Shown here piece by piece: positions 1 through 7,532 of a stretch of DNA of 8,223 nucleotides (the first letter of the stretch is position 1; each line of letters opens with the position of its first letter). The notes beneath the pieces are model-generated. The model did not search any database and was not told the origin of the DNA. It saw only the letters and a list, made by a program, of their open reading frames with translations. This DNA comes from Zygophlyctis sp. KS116 (lineage: Eukaryota > Fungi > Chytridiomycota). The DNA is taken from NCBI GenBank assembly GCA_054661495.1, contig BAAFSQ010000385.1:1-8223 (forward strand), in the 5' to 3' direction. The translations under genes and the position numbers were made by a program.

Positions 1-323
1 CATATGGAGCATTTTTCGAAAAGTTGAAAATTCACGGCATATAATTGTTGATAAATTTTCTTTTAGACTCATGAATTTTCATTCGATTGAATTGAATTTT
101 CAGTATGATTTTAAGAAATGGCTGATCTTGGATCATGTTAAAAATCTAATCATATGGAGCATTTTTCGAAAAGTTGAAAATTCACGGCATATAATTGTTG
201 ATAAATTTTCTTTTAGACTCATGAATTTTCATTCGATTGAATTGAATTTTCAGTATGATTTTAAGAAATGGCTGATCTTGGATCATGTTAAAAATCTAAT
301 CATATGGAGCATTTTTCGAAAAG
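1..323. repeat. Perfect 150-bp tandem repeat (satellite-like); two full units plus 23 bp, probably continuing left of the window
   Basis: 1-150 is identical to 151-300; 301-323 repeats the first 23 nt (catatggagcatttttcgaaaag), then the sequence diverges. Internal symmetry: TTTTCGAAAA palindrome (13-22), TGAAAATTCA (25-34) inverted against TGAATTTTCA (72-81, 93-102), TGATC-ttg-GATCA (123-135). Confidence 0.97.
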
Positions 324-366
324 ATAAAGATCCAGTGTTCCTGAACCACGCCAGACTTCAGATTAT

Positions 367-3300
367 GTGTTTCAAAAGAGATCGATCGATATTTTAAATA
401 TTCTCTATATAAACATATGTGGTCTTGACCTCGGGAAACTGAAATACTTAGAAAATACAATAGACTCTTCTAAAGATCCTACTATTATCATTATTGCGGA
501 ACATTGGTTCAGCAAGTTTACAGCACTCAGAGAATCTAGATATTTCTGCTGCAGTTCTACAATTGAAAACGAAAGAGAAATAGGACATCAAAATGGAGGG
601 CTCGCTATGTTATCCTCTAGATCTCTCATGTCACATTGTAATGATATTAATGTATCAGAATATGCAATATCATTTAGTATGGGATCAGAAAACATAATGG
701 CTGTGTATCTTCCACCCAGGCTAACTCTTAAAGAAGTTGAAGAGATCGTTTCTACTAAAATAGACAAAACATCGCTACTGATAGGAGATATCAACGTACG
801 CTTTGGTAAATTACTAAATGATAAACGAACCTGGAATATTCAACGTGGACAAATGTTAATATCTCTACTTGAAAGTTACGGCATATATTTAAGACCGGCA
901 CAATCTTTATATTCAGGCAATGACCATGTATTCAGCTGCAAAGAAGTAAACTGGGAATATATGATATTATCGAAATCTCTACTAAGAACCGACCATGGAA
1001 TGATTAAAATTACTACACAACTAGACGAACATATAAATCATCAAAGTATTATCGGCCAAGAGAAACGATATGCTTTCTCCATGTTGAAAGATCCTATTCT
1101 AAGAGATATACTAGCTTATGACTGGATGTCATCTCAATCTGTTCTCACTGAGCTTTTCGGAAAAATTAGATACAAATTAAAAACTGGAAGTATAAAATCA
1201 TATCAAGCAGCTGAAGAAATCGTCAATATTGCATATGAGACACTCAAAGAAGAAATTCTGGACCTTTGTGATAGGAATTTACCCCAATATGACCCAGAAG
1301 AAATAAAAAGCAAGAAAGATGTCTCTAAAGAACTTAATGGACAAAATTGCTCATCTCTCTATGCAATAAGACAATTTAAAAGATCTCAAAGAATGCATGC
1401 CCAATCTCGCAAATTCAAATCCTTAGGAAATAAAGATGTACTTGAGGAAGCGGTAGAACACTATTCTCAAATATACTCATCGGAAACGACAAGTCCGTTT
1501 GAATGGGGCTATGGGCTGACTTCAGATACTAATTGGCAAACAGACGCAGAACAAATCTCTAATATTATAAAGAAATATAGCTCTGCAAAATCCGCAGGAC
1601 CAGATGGAATTACGGTTAGAATTCTCAAGTTTCTTAATGACCAACCAGGCTTTTCATCATTGGTAGCAGAGCTCTTCAATATCTGTCTAGAATTTTCCAT
1701 TACGCCTGAATCATGGAACACTTCTCGAATCCACTTACTCATGAAAGATCCGTTAATGCCATATATTAACTCATCAAGACCTGTATCCCTGACTTGTATG
1801 TTCAGACGAATCTTTGAGAAGATCGTCCTTACAAATATTCTTAGCGAAACATGGAGTCACTTAAATGTTAATCAGGCTGGGTTTAGAAAAGGATGGAGCA
1901 CAGTATCCCACATCCTGCTAAATGATGATATGTGTAGAAACAATTATAATATATCAGCCTACTTGGACTTAAAAAGTGCCTTTGATGTAGTGGATCATAA
2001 TTACCTTCTAAAGACTCTTAAGCAAAGAGGGACACCTACTGCTGCTTGCAAAATGATATACTCACTCATGATAAAGAATTGTTATTCCACAATATCAGTC
2101 AATGGTATTCTCTCTCCTACACGAATCCCAAGATCTCGAGGTTTATTTCAAGGAAGCATTCTATCACCTTTACTGTTTAATATCATTATAGACACCCTGG
2201 CAGAGCAGATAACAGATGAATTACCCCTCTCAACAGTCATACTACTATTTGCTGATGACATAGTTATCAAAACTGATCAATGGTCGTTCATGCAACAAGC
2301 TTTAGACATATGTTACAACTGGAGTGACAATTCCAAAATAGACTGGGGTATTAAGAAATGTGGAATCATCAGCAATAAGGAGGAAACATTTCCAGTATTC
2401 TTAGGTGATGATTTGGTGCCTCTGGTCAATCAATATAAATATTTAGGAATTCCTTTTATAGCAAAAGGAATCGACTGGAGACTATACCTTAATAAAATTA
2501 CAGAAAAACACAAACGCTTCCTGGGAGGAATCAGGTTACAATCCCAGGGATGGCCACTGCACACCCGACTGGTAATATATAAAAGTTTTGTCAGACCGAT
2601 TCTTGAATATTGTTTACCTCTACTTACCAAATGGATAAGCAAACAGCATGATTCACAACTCTTAATGGACTTACTGTTAGAAACATATAAAGAAGGCATT
2701 ATATGGATATTTGGTAGAGAACGCCCATTTAAAATATTGGAACTTCTCACAGGAATGGGATCTTTCGCCTTCAGAGTCTCACAACTCGAGGCCTCGCTGG
2801 CTAGCCATCTATCTAACCTCCAAATATCAAATCCTCTAAACACTTATATGAAATCTCATTTTATATCTCATAACAGGAATTTTATTCTCACCGATTGCCA
2901 GAAAAGCAAACTACTTAAGCAATGGAAACTATACCATGAGAAAGAGAGTGTCCCATTCAAATATAGGACCTGGTTAAAACATAAGAAATGGGAAGAATAC
3001 AGTTTAATAACTGAGAAGCTAATCCATTATGTGCTACCGAGATGTAGGATGAAATCTGGTGCAGACAATTTACTCAAAACAACTAATCCTATAGCTAAAC
3101 ATGGGCTCTTATGGAGAAGTAATTCGTCATTTATCAAAACAACTTGTCCCGAATGTAGCAGGAAATTCAACCGTGCTCATCTGATCCGCTGCAATCTATA
3201 CTCTCTTTTGGAATCAAATTATCAAGAAGATTTAGAATCAAAAGAATTTCAAGCTGACTTTAAACGAATACACTCTATTAAATCATTAGATGGAAGTAAC

Positions 3301-3393
3301 TACACACTTTTAGACTTTTACTTGAACAATTGTGATTACACAAAATTTTGGTCTCTTTATCAAGACATATCAAATCTATTATCAGAGAAGTAA
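367..3393 (+). CDS. LINE ORF2-type protein: apurinic-like endonuclease, reverse transcriptase and C-terminal zinc knuckle
   Basis: APE motifs NICGL, AEHW, NGGLA, VYLPP, GDIN (784-795), NDHVF, TDH (988-996). RT motifs KSAGPDG, RPVSL, QAGFRKG, DLKSAFD, GLFQGSILSPLLF, FADD (2248-2259), YKYLG. Thumb motif YKSFVRPILEY. C-x2-C-x7-H-x3-C at 3145-3192. The frame is open from 328; 367 is GTG and the first in-frame ATG is at 607. Confidence 0.97.
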   Translation: MFQKRSIDILNILYINICGLDLGKLKYLENTIDSSKDPTIIIIAEHWFSKFTALRESRYFCCSSTIENEREIGHQNGGLAMLSSRSLMSHCNDINVSEYAISFSMGSENIMAVYLPPRLTLKEVEEIVSTKIDKTSLLIGDINVRFGKLLNDKRTWNIQRGQMLISLLESYGIYLRPAQSLYSGNDHVFSCKEVNWEYMILSKSLLRTDHGMIKITTQLDEHINHQSIIGQEKRYAFSMLKDPILRDILAYDWMSSQSVLTELFGKIRYKLKTGSIKSYQAAEEIVNIAYETLKEEILDLCDRNLPQYDPEEIKSKKDVSKELNGQNCSSLYAIRQFKRSQRMHAQSRKFKSLGNKDVLEEAVEHYSQIYSSETTSPFEWGYGLTSDTNWQTDAEQISNIIKKYSSAKSAGPDGITVRILKFLNDQPGFSSLVAELFNICLEFSITPESWNTSRIHLLMKDPLMPYINSSRPVSLTCMFRRIFEKIVLTNILSETWSHLNVNQAGFRKGWSTVSHILLNDDMCRNNYNISAYLDLKSAFDVVDHNYLLKTLKQRGTPTAACKMIYSLMIKNCYSTISVNGILSPTRIPRSRGLFQGSILSPLLFNIIIDTLAEQITDELPLSTVILLFADDIVIKTDQWSFMQQALDICYNWSDNSKIDWGIKKCGIISNKEETFPVFLGDDLVPLVNQYKYLGIPFIAKGIDWRLYLNKITEKHKRFLGGIRLQSQGWPLHTRLVIYKSFVRPILEYCLPLLTKWISKQHDSQLLMDLLLETYKEGIIWIFGRERPFKILELLTGMGSFAFRVSQLEASLASHLSNLQISNPLNTYMKSHFISHNRNFILTDCQKSKLLKQWKLYHEKESVPFKYRTWLKHKKWEEYSLITEKLIHYVLPRCRMKSGADNLLKTTNPIAKHGLLWRSNSSFIKTTCPECSRKFNRAHLIRCNLYSLLESNYQEDLESKEFQADFKRIHSIKSLDGSNYTLLDFYLNNCDYTKFWSLYQDISNLLSEK

Positions 3394-3445
3394 AGAAAAC
3401 AACACTTGATAGCTCAAATTAAAAAATAATAAAAATCTCTTACTT

Positions 3446-3460
3446 CCTAACCCTAACCTA
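3446..3460. repeat. Short telomere-like tract (CCTAA CCCTAA CCTA) in the LINE 3' UTR
   Basis: Reverse complement reads TAGGTTAGGGTTAGG. Confidence 0.6.
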
Positions 3461-3493
3461 CCAGCCTGTCCCGGCCCAGAACCACTTATATAA

Positions 3494-4173
3494 TCTTTTT
3501 CATCTTCTTCATCATCATCTTCTTCTTTTTCATATTTTTCATTATTTTCCCGGATCTCATCCGTCTTGTCATCAAATTTAACATGCTTTTCCCGGATCTC
3601 ATCCGGCTTTTCATCAAATTTAACATGTACTGTGTCAACTTTCTTTCCTCCCTCGAATCCAATCAAATATCCTTTCTCGGTTAATCCCAGTAGAAAACCA
3701 CGCTTTGCCTTGCTATCTAATTTAGCGCGAAATTTCTTTTCAATATGAACATAAGCAACTATGCCCCATTGATACAATCGTTTAAGGTTCGGCTTTTTCC
3801 CTGTAAATATTTCATAAGGTGTCTTCTCCATACCATTTGCCTTGGTTGGGGAACGGTTTCTTAGATAGACTGCATGTAATACAGCTTGTGGCCAAAACTC
3901 TTTAGGACAACATGAATCTAGAAACATAGCTCGCACTGTTTCAATAATTGTGCGATTCTTTCTTTCTGCGTACGGATTCTGCTCCGGCGTATCTGGGCTC
4001 GTCTTTCTTATAGTTACTCCATTTTCCTGGCAAAACTTGCGCATTTGACCATTTATGAATTCTCCACCACCATCTACATTTAGAATTTTTATATCATGTC
4101 CAAAATGTTTGGTTACCAACGCAAAATACTGTTTAAAGGCATCAAATTGATCGCTCTTCTGTTTTAAAACCCA
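3494..4173 (-). mobile_element. Ty1/copia LTR-retrotransposon pol fragment (integrase core and C-terminal region), truncated at both ends
   Basis: Uninterrupted frame LKQKSDQFDAFKQYFALVTKHFG...DGGGEF...TPEQNPYAERKNRTIIE...FWPQAV...TPYEIFTGKKP...KLDSKAKRGFLLG, then an acidic linker. The first catalytic Asp, RT and LTRs are absent. The last ~37 codons of track ORF 3382-4119 are antisense read-through into the LINE 3' end. Confidence 0.93.
3545..3627. repeat. In-frame 42-bp tandem duplication within the copia fragment
   Basis: ttttcccggatctcatccg...catcaaatttaacatg starts at 3545 and 3587; encodes HVKFDEKPDEIREK / HVKFDDKTDEIREN. Confidence 0.92.
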
Positions 4174-5093
4174 AGGTTTCCAATGTTATAAAAAGCGCCC
4201 TTCGTGCATACTGCGGCATATTTCAGTTCCGGCTTCGCCATCCTAACACCAATATCTGGACAACAGCATTGGAAAGACTTTCAGCTTCCATAATACATGA
4301 AATTTCAATATTGTAACCACTTATGCCTCGTGCCCCTCTTCCTACTAGACGAGCACTCTTCCAATCTATCAAAGATAAGCAAACGCGATTCAATGAGCTC
4401 ATGACTATCAACAAGCAAAGAAATTTTGAGGAAATGGCTGCAAAACTATCACTTAATCGAAATAGGTCATCGCTTTTAAGATTGGTGAGCAACGCCAAAG
4501 CATGTCACCAAGGCAGATCCATCCAAATGTGACCTATATATCACTCACTTCAATACTACTTTTGGCGGATCTCCTATGGGTGATACAGATAAACAATATA
4601 CTGCAGGCCCTCCTCTGGGTTAGGGTTATTAGCCCTAAGATATACCTGACCTAGTAATCACTGAACTTAAAGTATACCATGCACTTAAAAAAATAGCTTG
4701 TGGTAAAGCTGCTGGAATTGACGGTATCCATGGAGAGGCATACCTGTATGGTGGTTATCCTATGGCCAGAATTCTAACAATGCTATTCCACATCTTTATC
4801 AAATATGGCATCCCAGATGAATGGCACTCTATCCCTGTAGTTCCCATATTCAAAAATAAAGGAGCAGAGACCGCTATTGAAAATTATAGGCACATTCTCC
4901 AGTTGCAAATATTGGCATTTATAAAACCTTCATCCGACCAGTGATGGAATATGGGCTAGCGCTCCAGATTCTTGCCCCTTCTGTAATCAGCATCTTAGAA
5001 AAAGTGCAGAAGACAGCACTAAGGACCATACTATTTGGACATGGCAGCTCATCTTTAGCTGCTATGCATAAGATCCTTCAGCTACCATACTAA
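4174..5093 (+). pseudogene. Degenerate non-LTR retrotransposon ORF2 relic (linker, RT N-terminus and thumb; RT core deleted)
   Basis: Manual translation: ...HFNTTFGG...ALKKIACGKAAGIDGIHGEA...IPDEW...VVPIFKNKG...IENYR (to ~4890), then in another frame SPVANIGIYKTFIRPVMEYGL...LEKVQKTALRTI. Several stops and frameshifts. Confidence 0.88.
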
Positions 5094-5109
5094 TAATATT
5101 ATTAGTATG
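5086..5109. repeat. Perfect 24-bp palindrome at the junction of two opposed LINE relics
   Basis: catactaataat|attattagtatg is its own reverse complement. Confidence 0.9.
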
Positions 5110-5122
5110 TATATTAGTTTGA

Positions 5123-6096
5123 GGATCTCGTTTATTTTATTTTTCTTTTTCATCTATATCCATGATATCATTATCTTGGTTTATCTTGTATAAGTTTTGG
5201 TAATAGCTTTTTGCCTCGTCAAATGTTCCTTTAAGTTCGATAGGATTTCTATCATTTTTCCATAATTGTTGCTGACAGAATTATAATTTTGAAGTCTTCT
5301 AAGTAGATTTCTTTTTGGGTCTTTTTTCTTTCTGTATCTTGATTTTCCTAAAATATTGAAACATGTACGATGGATTGCATTATTTATAAAATTGTTGAAT
5401 TCATCAATTATTTGTTGTAGTGTGGAGGTGTTTCTGCATTCCTAAAGTTAATTTTTTATTCCTTGTATATTACCTGTGTTTTGTTCATATTCTTTAATAA
5501 ACATTATATGTATTGTGGGATTCTGTAATTTCCAAACATTGTATGATTCATAGGTTGTGTCATTGAGTTCTTCATTGTCTGTTGTTGTTTAAATTTAACA
5601 TTCTTGAGAGTTTTGATGCCGTGATAAGTTTTGATAGCTTTTTCGTTTGTGTTTGTGTCTACCTCATTGATTTCTATGTTATCGATTTATGTTTCAGTTG
5701 TATTCTTTTTAATGTTTTTGACAAAATTACTTTTACGTGTGTATGTGATTGATTTGATATTTAATGTTATTTGTAGTATAGCAGAAGTCACACTTAGGGT
5801 TAGGAATTGTTATTATCATTTGAATTGTATTCACACAAGTTTAGTTGTCTTGGATTGCAATAATCCAATACTGCATTTTGTTTGTGTATATTGCTATTTA
5901 CTAATTTAAAGTTTATGTTGAAGAGATCATGTTTTCAGTTCAGATCTAATTTCTACTGATCCCATACTGGGCTTGAAATAAACAAAGATGAGTTTGGATC
6001 CTAATATACCTGAATGTATAAATTTGGTAAAAACAAAGATTGATAATCCTCCACCATGCCTTCTTCCTTTTTCTTTTAATATTGGTTTTAAGCTAC
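5123..6096 (-). pseudogene. Highly degenerate non-LTR retrotransposon relic (APE endonuclease and linker)
   Basis: Collinear minus-strand motifs across frameshifts: GRRHGGGLSIF (~6044-6055), IFVYFKPS (~5969-5980), YQINHIHT, IKTYHGI (decayed TDH, ~5618-5632), YNVWKLQNP, IIDEFNNFINNAIHRTCFNILG, FDEAKSYYQNLY (~5188-5217; compare LEEAVEHYSQIY in the intact element). Strong A-rich skew on the minus strand. Confidence 0.75.
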
Positions 6097-6984
6097 TAGG
6101 GCTGACAGAGTGGAGCCAGAGTGGAGTTGAGGGCAGTAGTCCACTATGGCTCTCAAAATATGAACGACTCCACTCTGAATCCAGGATGCGGGAGTTGGGA
6201 GTCAAAATTCAGAGCCAGAAGAGCCCGAATTTTATTATCATTTTTTTAGCCAATACTTCAAACTCAACAACATGGCCACAGACTCGTCAGTTAATGAGCC
6301 CCTATCTGGAGTAACAATTTCGGATCCAGAACTAAACCCTCGTTCCAAAGGTGCGCTTTAAGCTTGCACTGCTAAATAGTCACGGGCCATTTTAGACAAA
6401 ATAGGATAATCATTAAGAGTCAACCAATGAAGTCTTAGTTCCATGCTGATTTTAGAAAGTGGCTCATTTAGACTAATTCATCTACATAATCATTATCCAG
6501 GACACTATCCATATCACTGTGTCCAATAGAATCAAAAATTGAAACATGAGAACTGTCAATCTTACTTGATTCTTGTATAACTGTCTCCCCACCATACTTA
6601 ACCTTATATATATTATAAGCATCTTTAAAGGATTGCCGTGCAGAGTCCATCCAATCAACATGTCCCTTCCACTGAGTAGAAATAAATTTCATTCTTTTCC
6701 TTGGATCTAAAATGGTTGCACATATTACAACTGGAGATATACAGTCGTAATACTTTTCTAATTTTTCATTGCACTTGCAGAAGCTTTTTTGATTAATTCA
6801 CAAGAATCATTTGAATTTGAAATTTCAGAAAATTGGCGATGAACCGCTTCATATAAAGGCAGTACATCATGAAGTGTACTGTAGTGCTCCCCATACAATG
6901 CACAGTTGCTTCTTTAAGAATTTAGGTAATATTTATGACTTTCTTCAGAATTTCCCAATCCTTTCATTCATTTGCAATGCAGTC
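6097..6984 (-). mobile_element. 3' part of a hAT-superfamily DNA transposon, including terminal inverted repeat and subterminal repeats
   Basis: Begins TAGGGCTG at 6097 (hAT-type TIR start), where the LINE-relic similarity ends. AGAGTGGAG occurs at 6107 and 6118 and inverted (CTCCACTCT) at 6168. The transposase stop lies ~140 bp inward. The other end is not visible. Confidence 0.82.
6238..6984 (-). pseudogene. hAT transposase C-terminal half, disrupted
   Basis: DWEILKKV...LKEAT...TLHDVLPLYEAV...KLEKYY...ATILDPRKRMKF...DEL, then the dimerisation domain YPILSKMARDYLAVQA*SAPLERGFSSG...DRGSLTDESVAMLLSLKYWLKK*. Contains stops and frameshifts; track ORF 6468-6692 is one piece of it. Confidence 0.92.
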
Positions 6985-7324
6985 TCCGAATTTGCAAACT
7001 TTTTATTCTGAAATTTACATGGGGCATCTATTAAAATAATAGATGCATTGCATATTGTGAACGCGCCACTCCACCAAAAAATGTAAGATTTTTTTCATAA
7101 GACTTCTCTCAATCATAAATTTTGATTGATCATAAATCCAATCCGAATTTGCAAACATTTAATTCTGAAATTTACATGGGGCATCTATTAAAATAATAGA
7201 TGCATTGCATATTGTGAACGCGCCCCTCGACCAAAAAATGTAAATTTTATTCATAAGACGTCTCACAATCATAAATTTTGTTTGATCAAAAATTTGAATC
7301 GAATTTGCAAACTTTTTATTCTGG
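6985..7324. repeat. ~157-bp tandem repeat (two units plus a partial third), each full unit carrying a 10-bp-stem hairpin
   Basis: cgaatttgcaaac at 6987, 7144 and 7300 (periods 157 and 156). GCATCTATTA-aaa-TAATAGATGC at 7024-7046 and 7181-7203. Confidence 0.95.
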
Positions 7325-7532
7325 AATACTTTCTGTTGTTTACTACATAATTGAACATACGGATGCATTATTATTGGTACAGTGATGATTCACGAGCCAA
7401 ATGGGGCCAAACAACAGAGATGTCTCTTTTTTATTTGTAGAAATTATGACACTGAAATCGTTTGAGCCCATTTAGCTTAGATTTTGACCATAATGTTTCA
7501 CTTTCTGCCAAATTTTATTCCTTAGCTTAAAT

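Larger units (their letters stand above)
324..3493 (+). mobile_element. Non-LTR retrotransposon (LINE) of APE-endonuclease type; ORF intact, 5' end probably truncated or unusual
   Basis: Contains the 1008-aa APE-RT-CCHC ORF. 5' limit taken as the break in the 150-bp array. 3' limit taken from a 26/30 match of 3464-3493 to 8119-8148, after which the copia fragment starts. No TSD seen. Confidence 0.9.

Noticed and set aside
1-323. CRISPR array or hammerhead-ribozyme (retrozyme) repeat
   Set aside because: Units are contiguous and identical with no spacers; no CUGANGA core found on either strand of the unit.
324-400. HDV-like ribozyme at the LINE 5' end
   Set aside because: Could not build the nested double pseudoknot by eye; an Infernal or RNArobo search would settle it.
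2252-2258. CTGATGA hammerhead-core match
   Set aside because: It is simply the codons of the FADD catalytic motif.
588-2843. Antisense ORFs 588-794, 1509-1742 and 2430-2843 (also 3566-3748, 4223-4498)
   Set aside because: Shadows of the opposite-strand TE frames with no recognisable motifs.
367-3393. Bacterial RT system (group II intron, retron, DGR) or Penelope-like element
   Set aside because: N-terminal APE domain, LINE-type thumb and CCHC knuckle, and copia/hAT neighbours indicate a eukaryotic non-LTR element; no GIY-YIG domain seen.
5631-6314. ORFs 5631-5909 (hydrophobic), 5988-6314 and 5927-6205 as genes
   Set aside because: The first reflects the T-rich antisense strand of the LINE relic; the others cross the LINE/hAT junction and are chimeric.
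4174-6984. RIP-type hypermutation of the relics
   Set aside because: Some stops could be C-to-T changes, but indels are common and neighbouring elements are unmutated; cannot be supported without consensus alignment.
6811-7368. ORFs 6811-7011 and 7159-7368
   Set aside because: Antisense to the transposase relic or derived from the 157-bp repeat.
7380-7456. C/D-box snoRNA (GTGATGA...CTGA) or tiny MITE (cagtg...cactg)
   Set aside because: No convincing terminal stem or recognisable rRNA guide, and no TSD.
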